Source: Candidatus Poseidoniales archaeon
Lineage (GTDB): Archaea > Thermoplasmatota > Poseidoniia > Poseidoniales > Poseidoniaceae
Assembly: GCA_038146705.1 (NCBI GenBank)
Contig: JAYQSB010000001.1
Coordinates: forward strand, 7,166 to 71,165
Direction of reading: 5' to 3'
DNA length: 64,000 nucleotides
Both the position numbers and the translations under genes were made by a program. Shown here one piece after another: positions 45,604-54,831 of the stretch. Under the pieces are notes generated by a model, which did no database searches, was not told the origin of the DNA, and was given only the letters and a program-made list of their open reading frames with translations. Numbering within the stretch: position 1 is the first letter of the stretch; the number at the start of each line of letters is the position of its first letter.

Positions 45604-48600
45604 ATGGAGGATTCGTCGTACGCTATCGGCAGAGTCCTTGTATTTCAAGTGAAAAAGATTCACATCGCTATGATTGTTTTGTCCGTTCTAATGATACCTG
45701 GAGCTATGACTGCACTCGAACCCATCGATATGGAGTCATACGAGATGGAATCTCCAGAACTCACGGCCCAGAGTATCATCGAAGATGAATTTTCAGATTC
45801 AGAGATTATTCTTGGATTCATGGTTGCCATCCGACAACCGGATTTGGTACCATCCTTGGAGGAGTGGGAGCCCGTTCCATCGACATCATCCGGTGCTGCA
45901 GATTATGCAAATCTCCCTCAAGTCACTGAAATGTTACCAGCAGGAGATGCATGGAGTGGAGTGGAAGCACCGACGGGAGGGATTCTCAACCTCTCAGTTC
46001 TCAGGGAAATCGACGAAAAAATCGACTTCATCCAACAACACCCTCTGGCACCAGCGATGAAACCACTCGTGAATGATGTCACTGGTCAGCAGGCAAGCGG
46101 GGCTATATCCTTACCAAACCACTTCCGCAGTTTCATGAATGGTACATCGATATTGACGCAACCAGGTCTCTCATCTCTTGGAGTCCCTCTCCCTCCTCCT
46201 ACCAATTGGACCGATTGCTTCCCTCTTGATTGTCTTGAATTTGATGACGACAATATTACTCAGCAACACATCGACATGGCAGCTTCACGAATGGCCGATG
46301 CATCCAACAACAATTTCCTTCGTTGGTTATCTCTTGACCGAGGATTTCTTCCTGACGACCAAGCCCTCCAAATTGGGCCAGTCGATGGTTCATTAGAAGC
46401 GGACGGCACGTGGGGCGATGCGACAATGGCTAACGGGCGTTGGTCGGCATCTTCGACATGGCTTTTGATTCAACTCGATAGGACATCGCTTCGAGAAATG
46501 GGTTGGGAAGTCGTTTGGAAAGAAGCCCATCAAGAAAAGTCGGTCTATTTCTCTGATGACGGATTTCATGTTGGTGGTTATCGATTCCACGACAACCATC
46601 TCATTCTTCATCCTCCGCAGTACAATTCCACAATTTGTCTTGAAATGATGGAGAATGGAGCAGGATGCTCAACTGAATGGTCATATATGGACCTCGAGGG
46701 TCAAATTCGAACCCATGATCGAACGACAATCACTCTTCTTCTCGGCCAAGGTGTCAATGTTGAGGTCAATCGAGAATTGCAATCGAGTGCAGGACTCATC
46801 GTTTTGATGATGGTATGTATCACTGTTCTCTTGTTCGTAAGTTTGCGAAGATGGAGTGATGTTGTGATTGTTATGGCGGCCCTCGGCTTTGCCCTCCTCT
46901 GGATGCAAGGTCTCATTGGGTATGTATCTTCACTCACGTCTTGGTTTGGCTTCCAAATCATTACTCGTTCTCAGTTTTCGAATTTGTTGCCTATTTTGGT
47001 TCTCGCCCTCGGCATCGATGATTCATTGCATGCTCTTCATAGATACAAAGAGGAGCGAAGAAATGGAAAATCGACTGAAGACTCGGCCCTTATCACAATA
47101 CGGCGGGTTGGACGAGCCATCACCCTCACGTCAATTACGACGATGTTCGCTTTTGCTGCAAATCTATTCAGCGATATAGCCGCATTGAGGTCGTTTGGGG
47201 TAGAGGCTGCCCTTGGAATATTTGCTGCCTTTCTCTTGACAGGCATTTGGACGCCACTGATTCGAATGTCGGTTGATGATTGGTTCGCCTCTCGTCCATC
47301 CAAAGAACGAAAAGAAAAACCGCACATCGAACGAGATTGGTTGGAGAAAGTCCCTCTTTTCGCAGGACAGCCAAAATATGCATCGATTATTTTGGTCCTT
47401 GCTCTGCTTGTCAGTATTCCCTCAGCCATTGGTATGTCGAGTTTGGAAGGTGATTTTGCCGTTGAGGATTTCCTTGACGAAGAATCCGACTTTGCAGTAG
47501 GTGTGCATGAATTGAATCAACGATTCGCTACCGAAGGTGAACCTGCAAATCTTCTCATCATGGGTGATGTCCTCGACCCTCAAGTGTATGCCTCTATCGA
47601 TATTTTCCGCCAGAAAATGAATGATTTACCTGAAGGTGTTCCCGACAAAGTTACTCGACAACCGGACGGAACAATAGATTTGCTTGCACTTGATGAAATG
47701 GTTCTTGCAGCTCAAGGGTCGCTTGTCCTCAATTCGACACCCTTTGAACAAGCAGGTTGGGTCGTCAATGAATCCGAACACGGTGTGGGTTGTCCTAACA
47801 TGGGCTCTAGTTTGTTCGTTGATACGGGAGACAGAGATTGTTTGTCGTTTTTCTATGGTTTCCTGAGTCTTTACGGTGTTCCTGGCACCGGACCTATACC
47901 CGACATACCTCCGAGCATTGTTCGCTTATACATCACCCCAGATGTACCTCTTGACCCACTCCGACCTTGGCTCGATGAGAACGGAGAACCGGCCTCATAT
48001 TCGCTTATGCAAATCCGATTTGGCGTCACTCAACCCGAAGATTTTCCTAGCCTCGGAGCAGGTATTGATGAAATTTGGAGCGACCTCGAAGTCTTTACAA
48101 ACCTCTCAACCGGTTCTTATGCCTCAATTGGTCCAGTAAACGAAGAGGATAAGCCACTCACATGGGTTATGTTGACAGGGCGACCAATCACAAGATATGC
48201 GGCTTCAACAGCAATGCAAGAGGAAATGCAATCTTCTCTTGTTCTCGGTTCGTTTTTTGTCCTTATTTCGTTGACAATTGGTTTCCGCTCATTCTCTCAA
48301 GCCATCGTAACATTCCTTCCAATTTTGGTTGTCGTCGTTTGGCTTTATGGCCTCATGTTTGTGCTTGGTGCTTCCCTCAATATCGTTACCGTAACAATTG
48401 CAACAATTTCTCTTGGTGTAGGTATCGATTATTGTATTCATGTCACTGAACGATACCGTGAAAGCAAGAAAAATGGTCTATCGCATGACGAATGTTTGCA
48501 TTCAATCGGCGGTGCTTGTGGACTTGCACTTCTTGGTTCAGCGACGTCTGATATTGTTGGATTCAGCGTTATCGCAATATCTCCAATGGGATTGTTTAGC

Positions 48601-48735
48601 AGTTTTGGTATCTTTTCTGCGGCTATGATCGCACTCTCACTCTTTGCGAGCCTTGTGCTTACAACGTCGCTCTTGGGACTCAACGATGCCATCCAAGCAA
48701 GACGACGAAAACAAGACTCAAATCCTGCACTTTGA
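45604..48735 (+). CDS. RND-superfamily (MMPL/SSD-type) exporter
   Basis: Two 6-TM bundles with LVLALGIDDSLHALHRYKEER and SLGVGIDYCIHVTERYRESK motifs, separated by large extracytoplasmic domains. Confidence 0.85.
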   Translation: MEDSSYAIGRVLVFQVKKIHIAMIVLSVLMIPGAMTALEPIDMESYEMESPELTAQSIIEDEFSDSEIILGFMVAIRQPDLVPSLEEWEPVPSTSSGAADYANLPQVTEMLPAGDAWSGVEAPTGGILNLSVLREIDEKIDFIQQHPLAPAMKPLVNDVTGQQASGAISLPNHFRSFMNGTSILTQPGLSSLGVPLPPPTNWTDCFPLDCLEFDDDNITQQHIDMAASRMADASNNNFLRWLSLDRGFLPDDQALQIGPVDGSLEADGTWGDATMANGRWSASSTWLLIQLDRTSLREMGWEVVWKEAHQEKSVYFSDDGFHVGGYRFHDNHLILHPPQYNSTICLEMMENGAGCSTEWSYMDLEGQIRTHDRTTITLLLGQGVNVEVNRELQSSAGLIVLMMVCITVLLFVSLRRWSDVVIVMAALGFALLWMQGLIGYVSSLTSWFGFQIITRSQFSNLLPILVLALGIDDSLHALHRYKEERRNGKSTEDSALITIRRVGRAITLTSITTMFAFAANLFSDIAALRSFGVEAALGIFAAFLLTGIWTPLIRMSVDDWFASRPSKERKEKPHIERDWLEKVPLFAGQPKYASIILVLALLVSIPSAIGMSSLEGDFAVEDFLDEESDFAVGVHELNQRFATEGEPANLLIMGDVLDPQVYASIDIFRQKMNDLPEGVPDKVTRQPDGTIDLLALDEMVLAAQGSLVLNSTPFEQAGWVVNESEHGVGCPNMGSSLFVDTGDRDCLSFFYGFLSLYGVPGTGPIPDIPPSIVRLYITPDVPLDPLRPWLDENGEPASYSLMQIRFGVTQPEDFPSLGAGIDEIWSDLEVFTNLSTGSYASIGPVNEEDKPLTWVMLTGRPITRYAASTAMQEEMQSSLVLGSFFVLISLTIGFRSFSQAIVTFLPILVVVVWLYGLMFVLGASLNIVTVTIATISLGVGIDYCIHVTERYRESKKNGLSHDECLHSIGGACGLALLGSATSDIVGFSVIAISPMGLFSSFGIFSAAMIALSLFASLVLTTSLLGLNDAIQARRRKQDSNPAL

Positions 48736-48900
48736 TACTTCAAGGTAAATACGTTCTTAAATAATGAAGCGTCGATTCACTACCGAAGGATATGGGGCAC
48801 ACCGACGCAATTCTTTGGATACTTATGTTTCCATTATCGCTATTCCTAAAATTTGATAGTTGAAAAGGGCTGTAGTTTCCCACAGCTGAACTATCGATGT

Positions 48901-48917
48901 GTTCATGAATCATGAAC
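48901..48917. promoter_or_regulatory. Perfect 17-bp palindrome GTTCATGA-A-TCATGAAC upstream of pus10
   Basis: Read directly from the sequence. Lies in the longest intergenic gap of the window (48736..48958), 42 nt before the pus10 start. Confidence 0.4.
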
Positions 48918-48958
48918 GAGGCGGATGGCTTGCGAGGTGAGGGGTTGGCCCCATCTTC

Positions 48959-50701
48959 GTGGTGAAATCAATGCCAGATGAGGAGAACCAAGACGATGAT
49001 GACTGGATGCAGTATGCGTCCGCAGGCTTTGGTCAAACCAATTATTCATTATGGGACGATGTCAAAGAGATCGAAACCGAAGACGCTGATGAGACGGATT
49101 TGGATTCTGGCTCATTGGAAGTGGCAGACCAACTTGGCACTCACATGGAAGAAATACCAAGAGCGCCCTCGCCAGCAGGACTCAAGCACCTTGTTCGCAT
49201 AGGATGTTGTGATGCTTGTTTAGGACGGTGCGGAGGAAAACAACGATTTGGCCAAACGATTCAAGAATCAGGCCTTGAAATTCGCTCGGAAGTCGAAGGA
49301 CAGGATACTCATCTTTCTACTGCGAGAGATGACACACCTTTGTGCCCTATGTGTGAGAATTTATTTGAGGAAGTAGAAGTTCTAGCGGATGTGATTCTTG
49401 AGCAAATTGATGATATCGACATTCGACGACTTCAACTTGGAGCACGCTTTCCAAAAGACCAGCTTGAAACAGAAGAGGCCTTGCGAAAGAAATTCGCAGC
49501 AGGAGGTTCTGAACCACTAAAATCATCGCTTGTCAACGATATTGGGCGAACGTTGAGCGACCGATTGACCAAATCAAAACTTGTGAATGAATCACCTGAA
49601 GCTCTCGTTCTCATGGATGTCCTCACGTTGTCTGTCGAAATTGATTTGCGTGCAGTCTATCTCTACGGCAGGTACAGAAAACTGACGAGAGGGATTCCAC
49701 AAACACGCTGGCCTTGTCGAGTGTGCAAAGGAAGAAAATGCGAATCTTGTCAACAAACTGGTCTGCAATATGAAAAGAGTGTTCAAGATCTCATCGGCAA
49801 CCCAATCCTCGATATTTTTGATGCAGAAGAACATGCATTTCACGGCATGGGAAGAGAAGATATTGATGTGCGATGCCTCGGTAGAGGGCGACCATTTGTC
49901 ATTGAGATGAAAAACCCACGAAAGCGAAAAATCGATACTGATCAACTTGAAGAATTGATTAACTCCACCGCAAACGGTGATATTGAGGTTTCTTCGATAC
50001 GAGAATCTTCGAAAAGCGAAGTTGTACGCATCAAGGACACCCCTGCAGAAAAGTCGTACACGATTCGATTCGTTCTGGAGCAGATGAACGAAGCGGAGTA
50101 TGCTGTCCTCACCGTTCCGCTCGATTTGACCAATGAGGAAGAAGACGGGAAAGGAAAGCGAAAAAAGCGTAAACGAAACCAGAGGCGTCAAGATCGAACC
50201 AAACCAATTCAAAATGAAATCATTGTTGACGAGGGTCATTCCTTGGAACAACTTGAAGGCATGAAAAAAGATGAATTGGTAACTGTTGCCAAAGAACACG
50301 GACTCGCTGTTAGTGGTACAAAGAAGCAAATCATCGAACGAATTCTTGAATTTGAAGGCCAACCTTCACCACTTTTTGATCTGCCGAGCGACGATGAAAT
50401 CATTTCGACCATCGAACGATTGAACGGATTAAAAATCGCTCAACGAACTCCCGACAGAGTGGCACATCGACGGGCCGATTTGATTCGAAGGCGCACCGTT
50501 TTTGAGGCTCATTCGCCCACCATAGAGATCAACGAAGAAGGTTTGAAAGAAGTCGAATTTACATTGAGATGCGAGTCGGGAACGTATGTCAAAGAAACGA
50601 TTCATGGGGACTCTGGCAGGACCCAGCCTTGCCTTGCTTCTATGCTCAAATCGAAATGCCGAGTGTTGTGGTTGGATGTGGGTGATATTCATGCAGATTA
50701 G
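48959..50701 (+). CDS. pus10: tRNA pseudouridine synthase Pus10 with acidic N-extension and basic/SAP-like insertion
   Basis: Zn-ribbon Cys pairs CDACLGRC..CPMC. RWPCRVCKGRKCESCQ. RTPDRVAHRRADLIRRR. TYVKETIHGDSGRTQPCLASML. Start is GTG 48959 or ATG 48971. Confidence 0.88.
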   Translation: MVKSMPDEENQDDDDWMQYASAGFGQTNYSLWDDVKEIETEDADETDLDSGSLEVADQLGTHMEEIPRAPSPAGLKHLVRIGCCDACLGRCGGKQRFGQTIQESGLEIRSEVEGQDTHLSTARDDTPLCPMCENLFEEVEVLADVILEQIDDIDIRRLQLGARFPKDQLETEEALRKKFAAGGSEPLKSSLVNDIGRTLSDRLTKSKLVNESPEALVLMDVLTLSVEIDLRAVYLYGRYRKLTRGIPQTRWPCRVCKGRKCESCQQTGLQYEKSVQDLIGNPILDIFDAEEHAFHGMGREDIDVRCLGRGRPFVIEMKNPRKRKIDTDQLEELINSTANGDIEVSSIRESSKSEVVRIKDTPAEKSYTIRFVLEQMNEAEYAVLTVPLDLTNEEEDGKGKRKKRKRNQRRQDRTKPIQNEIIVDEGHSLEQLEGMKKDELVTVAKEHGLAVSGTKKQIIERILEFEGQPSPLFDLPSDDEIISTIERLNGLKIAQRTPDRVAHRRADLIRRRTVFEAHSPTIEINEEGLKEVEFTLRCESGTYVKETIHGDSGRTQPCLASMLKSKCRVLWLDVGDIHAD

Positions 50702-50819
50702 GTTACATTGTGCTCGAAACATGTGGCTTCAATCGTCGCGGTGCTTATATGGGGCATATCAGTCGCCGATTTGCTCCGAAGACGTATGTATGTGCATTTG
50801 AGGAGAAGAAGGTGAAAAA

Positions 50820-51110
50820 ATGAAGCGCTCAAAGGGACAACGAATGGGAACCCGTAGCATACTTAGGCGACGAAAGTCCGAGAAAAGTCAGCTCAACATT
50901 GCTCGTGTCATGTACGATTACAATGAGGGTGATAGAGTCGCCATCGTTCTCGATGGTGGCCAGCAACAAGGTATGCCACATCGACGGTTCCATGGCCGAA
51001 CTGGTTTTATTCAATCACGCCAAGGTCGTGCTTGGGTTGTTGCTGTAAAAGATGGCAACATGAGAAAGACCGTTGTTGCACGACCAGAGCACCTTCGACC
51101 GCTTGAATGA
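50820..51110 (+). CDS. rpl21e: 50S ribosomal protein L21e
   Basis: MKRSKGQRMGTRSILRR...FHGRTGFI. Conserved L21e-RpoF-DUF655-KsgA gene order. Confidence 0.9.
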   Translation: MKRSKGQRMGTRSILRRRKSEKSQLNIARVMYDYNEGDRVAIVLDGGQQQGMPHRRFHGRTGFIQSRQGRAWVVAVKDGNMRKTVVARPEHLRPLE

Positions 51111-51120
51111 GGTGATGTAT

Positions 51121-51483
51121 ATGAGTGATGAACAAAAGTTTCTAGATTTTTCAACCGTTCGAGATGAATTGCTTGCTGCACAAGAACGACGTGGGCAACT
51201 CACCTACGAGCAAAAAGCAGCTCTCCAACATGCAGAGTGGGCGGCAAGTGAGCACAGAAATGGTTTTACTACCGACCCAGAGGTCTTTGAAACACTTACT
51301 GCAGCTCTCCTTGAAATCGAGGTACTCACCAAATATCCCGATCTCGCTGCAAAAATCTCAGAAATCATTCCTATCTATCCTGATGATGTTCGAACCATTC
51401 TTGCTTCGAAGAGAATTCAAATCAACGACGATGACATTAACACCATCCTTGAGTTGGTCCGTCAGCATGTTGGATTTGAATAA
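51121..51483 (+). CDS. rpoF: DNA-directed RNA polymerase subunit F (Rpo4)
   Basis: Position after L21e. ATG at 51121 is preceded by GAGGTGAT. Helical protein of about 120 aa, as expected for Rpb4/RpoF. Confidence 0.75.
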   Translation: MSDEQKFLDFSTVRDELLAAQERRGQLTYEQKAALQHAEWAASEHRNGFTTDPEVFETLTAALLEIEVLTKYPDLAAKISEIIPIYPDDVRTILASKRIQINDDDINTILELVRQHVGFE

Positions 51484-51503
51484 AATTCACCCGAGGGCCC
51501 CCG

Positions 51504-52274
51504 ATGTCCAGTGATGAAAAGCGCCCCTTTGTGCCAAAGAAGCAACCAAAAAAGCAGGCAGACACATCAAGATTTATGCCAAGCCGGCCCGCTGAAGGTC
51601 GAATGCCTCAACGACAAGCAAAGCCTCAGCAACCTCGCCGTCCAAGGCAAGATCGTCGTCCTCAATCATCAAATCGCTCATTCAAAGAAAACCGAAATAA
51701 GCCGATGAAACCTCAAGAACCGAAACGCCCGAAACAATTGGAATCTGAATCATGGGCTTATGTCGTTGAGCACGATTTGGATAGTGGCATCATTACAGCA
51801 CTTTCAGAACAAATGCTCACACCCTGCCGTCTTCGTGTCGTCAATGGTTGTGAGCCATGCCCACCTTCGAAACGAATCAACATCGGCAAGCGTGCTGAAG
51901 ATCGAGAAGAGGTTCAACACATCGTTGGGCTTGCAAGTATAGACCGAATGTCGAGTTTTGCAACCATGCAACTTCCTCATGTTCTCCTCGATGTGTTATC
52001 TCAACATGAAGCATATTTCCTCGAAGCATTCTTCAATGTTGCATCAAACATCTCACTCAAAATGCATGCGTTCGAACTCCTGCCAAAGATTGGCAACAAG
52101 AAAGCAATGCAGATGGTTGATGCCCGCGGCCAAGGCTTTGAGTCGATTGATGCTCTCAACGAATTATGCAATATCAATGCCATTGAACTGTTGTCTCAAC
52201 GTTTCCTTGAGGAGTTAAAGGACCAAGATGCACAACCGCGTTTGATCTCACTTCTCCTGCCGGTGAAATCATGA
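51504..52274 (+). CDS. DUF655-family protein (HhH, putative RNA/nucleotide-binding) with a basic low-complexity N-extension
   Basis: C-terminal FELLPKIGNKKAMQMVDARGQGFESIDAL HhH-like segment. Conserved position between rpoF and ksgA. Confidence 0.7.
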   Translation: MSSDEKRPFVPKKQPKKQADTSRFMPSRPAEGRMPQRQAKPQQPRRPRQDRRPQSSNRSFKENRNKPMKPQEPKRPKQLESESWAYVVEHDLDSGIITALSEQMLTPCRLRVVNGCEPCPPSKRINIGKRAEDREEVQHIVGLASIDRMSSFATMQLPHVLLDVLSQHEAYFLEAFFNVASNISLKMHAFELLPKIGNKKAMQMVDARGQGFESIDALNELCNINAIELLSQRFLEELKDQDAQPRLISLLLPVKS

Positions 52275-53137
52275 AAGACGCACGATGGTATATCGACCAA
52301 TTGTTGATGCGTCAATCTGCAAACAAAGACTTAGGTCAACATTTCTTGGTTGATGACGATATCCTCCAACATATTGTTGAAGCCGGGGATGTTCAAGAAA
52401 ACGACCATGTTCTTGAGATTGGACCTGGGCCTGGAACACTGACGACACACCTCCTTCGAACAGGGTGTCGTGTCACATCAGTTGAAATTGATCAGGGTGC
52501 ATGTCAGCATTTGCACGTTGTCTTCGGGGATGAACTTGCATCCGGGCAACTTGAACTCATCGAAGGCGATGCATTACAAACAAAATTACCACGTAGTATC
52601 ACAAAAGTTGTTGCAAACATTCCCTATCAAATATCTTCGCCACTCATCGAAGTTTTAACGCGATTTCAGCATGAACGCAATCGACCATTGACGACGATGG
52701 TGTTGATGGTTCAAGAAGAATTTGCTGAACGATTGGAGATGAAATACACAGATACTGTAGGCTCCTTAGGCCTGGTAGTCTCACTTGATTTTGATGTTGA
52801 AATGATGAATAAAGTCTCACCTGATGCATTCATTCCTCACCCTAAGGTGCATTCTCGAGTGGTCAAATTTATTCCCCGGCAACCTGACTTTTCTTGCAAT
52901 AGAAAACTCTTGGTTATGGCCATTCATCATTGCTTTGACCAACGAAGAAAGAAGTTGCGCACACTTTTCAAGAATCCACCAAAGCGGATTAGTCGTGTTC
53001 GAGGATGGTATGCAGGTCGTTGGAAAGAAGCTTATCAATCGATGAAGGACATACCGCTGATGGAAAAGCGTCCTGAGGAACTTGATCTTGAGGAGTGGTT
53101 TCAACTCGTTTCGTCATTTGAGCAACATGGTTCATAA
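52271..53137 (+). CDS. ksgA: 16S rRNA (adenine1518/1519-N6)-dimethyltransferase KsgA/Dim1
   Basis: LGQHFLVDDDIL, VLEIGPGPGTLT and VVANIPYQISSPLI motifs. ATGA overlap with the upstream gene. Confidence 0.93.
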   Translation: MKDARWYIDQLLMRQSANKDLGQHFLVDDDILQHIVEAGDVQENDHVLEIGPGPGTLTTHLLRTGCRVTSVEIDQGACQHLHVVFGDELASGQLELIEGDALQTKLPRSITKVVANIPYQISSPLIEVLTRFQHERNRPLTTMVLMVQEEFAERLEMKYTDTVGSLGLVVSLDFDVEMMNKVSPDAFIPHPKVHSRVVKFIPRQPDFSCNRKLLVMAIHHCFDQRRKKLRTLFKNPPKRISRVRGWYAGRWKEAYQSMKDIPLMEKRPEELDLEEWFQLVSSFEQHGS

Positions 53138-53191
53138 TGGGTTGTGTACAGTGATTTGTAGGCATTGCTGTTAGGGAGGGTTTTCTAATGA

Positions 53192-54310
53192 GTGCCTTCT
53201 CGCAGAAGCGCGGGGGGATGCCATTTGGCAAAAAAGGACACATATCTTGCACTATTACGTCGTGGAATCGATGACACTACCGCCAATCAACTGGCTGATG
53301 CTGGTTTGAAGATTGGAGACCTCAAAAAAATTGACAAATCAATCCTTGTCGATAATTATGGACTTAAGCCCGACATTGCTCAAGGTGTTATTGAAATCAT
53401 CAAAGCCGGCCCTCAAGCCCACGGAAAAGAACGATTTTTGGCCAAGGTTCTCGCTCCTGAACGCAAGAAAGAATCCAAAATCGAAGAGATGAAATTTCGC
53501 CGACAGCAGAAAGATGTACTCACAGAACTCGCTGAGCAAAAAGAGCGACTTAAACAAGCAAAAGTCGAAACATTTCGAAATCAAAAAATCATCATGAACC
53601 GTCTCGGAAAAACCGTTGAACTCATCGTTAAACTCGAAAACAACCTTCACGACGAAGGCAAAGACGACCAAAAAGTGAAAATTCGAGATCAACTTGAAAC
53701 ACGTGGCCTTGAGGCAGCACGAGACCATGAAATGCTCGAATTGGAAGGAACGCCACAAGATATTGTTGATTTTAGGAGAAAACATGTTCCAAGTTTGGTG
53801 TTCCACGCATGCCCGGAGTGCGGTGATGAACTCGACCCGAGACAGAGCAGGGATACGGACCGTCCTGACGATTGGGCGTTTATCTGCTGGGAGTGCGAAA
53901 CAAGTTTTATGCCTGATTTAACCCAAACAGTAGAAGGTATTCTTTCGGAACCTCGAATTTCGATTGACCCAAATAAAGCACCACGTTCTCCAGTTCCACC
54001 CAAGCCAGCAAGCCTTGATTTCTCAAGCGTGAACAATCTCATTTTGCAAGATCTCCAACAGACCGGTGCTTCTGCAGATGAAATGACCAAGGCGATTGAA
54101 GAAACTGTTGTGTCTGGTGGTCTTATGGACATCAACGATTGGATTGACCAAACCCTTGCTGCTAAGAATTACATCCAAGCTCAAGAAGACAGAGAAGATT
54201 TCATTCTCCGAACCGGCGCTGGTGCTACAAAGTTCAACAAATGGATGAAGAAGGCTGGCTTGTTCTTTAACAAGCAAACAGGCCGTTGGACACGTGAAAA
54301 GGCTCGGTGA
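53192..54310 (+). CDS. Hypothetical protein: HhH-like N-domain, coiled coil, CxxC...CxxC zinc ribbon
   Basis: TANQLADAGLKIGDLKKI (HhH-like). Lys/Glu-rich helical region. CPECGDEL...FICWECETSF. GTG start after GGGAGGG. Confidence 0.55.
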   Translation: MPSRRSAGGCHLAKKDTYLALLRRGIDDTTANQLADAGLKIGDLKKIDKSILVDNYGLKPDIAQGVIEIIKAGPQAHGKERFLAKVLAPERKKESKIEEMKFRRQQKDVLTELAEQKERLKQAKVETFRNQKIIMNRLGKTVELIVKLENNLHDEGKDDQKVKIRDQLETRGLEAARDHEMLELEGTPQDIVDFRRKHVPSLVFHACPECGDELDPRQSRDTDRPDDWAFICWECETSFMPDLTQTVEGILSEPRISIDPNKAPRSPVPPKPASLDFSSVNNLILQDLQQTGASADEMTKAIEETVVSGGLMDINDWIDQTLAAKNYIQAQEDREDFILRTGAGATKFNKWMKKAGLFFNKQTGRWTREKAR

Positions 54311-54319
54311 TGCAAGGCC

Positions 54320-54616
54320 ATGACCGTGCCAAAGATGGTGAGGATTCTACGTGGAGCCGAATTGCTCGGGCAGTGTACATTTGACCCAGAGGAAACCATC
54401 GTCGAACATGCCATTCGTATGGGGCTGAGCATACCGACGAATTGCACATCGGGCACCTGTGGAACTTGTATGGTAACGCTTCTTTCAGGTGATGTGCCTC
54501 TTGATGAGGAATTACCACCTGGCTTGGATGAAGACTATGTCGCAGATGGGGGGCGCCTTGCGTGCATTGGTAAACCAACCACCGCCGTTGATGTCGACAT
54601 TCGTCCACCACTTTGA
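54320..54616 (+). CDS. fdx: [2Fe-2S] plant-type ferredoxin
   Basis: CTSGTCGTC (C-x4-C-x2-C) plus a distal Cys in RLACIG. Confidence 0.85.
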   Translation: MTVPKMVRILRGAELLGQCTFDPEETIVEHAIRMGLSIPTNCTSGTCGTCMVTLLSGDVPLDEELPPGLDEDYVADGGRLACIGKPTTAVDVDIRPPL

Positions 54617-54816
54617 TGATCGATATGTTTGAGCAGTGGGGTGCACAAGAATGGGTTTTACTCGTTGTTGAATTGATTGCTATTGGCCTAATTGTATGGT
54701 TTTTGGTTTGGAAAATTCGCTCAAAACTCAATGAAGTTGAAACTCGCCATCGATTCGTCACGCAACGTCGCCTTGACGAAAAAAACATAGAACAAAGCAA
54801 TCAGCCACCAAACTGA
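54613..54816 (+). CDS. Small single-pass membrane protein
   Basis: ATGA overlap with the ferredoxin stop. TM helix WVLLVVELIAIGLIVWFLVW. Confidence 0.45.
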   Translation: MMIDMFEQWGAQEWVLLVVELIAIGLIVWFLVWKIRSKLNEVETRHRFVTQRRLDEKNIEQSNQPPN

Positions 54817-54831
54817 AACAATTACAAAGGC

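Noticed and set aside
49592-50362. 256-aa antisense ORF inside pus10.
   Set aside because: It lies opposite a well-supported CDS. It is Phe/Leu/Ser-rich, which fits the mirror of an acidic/basic coding region.
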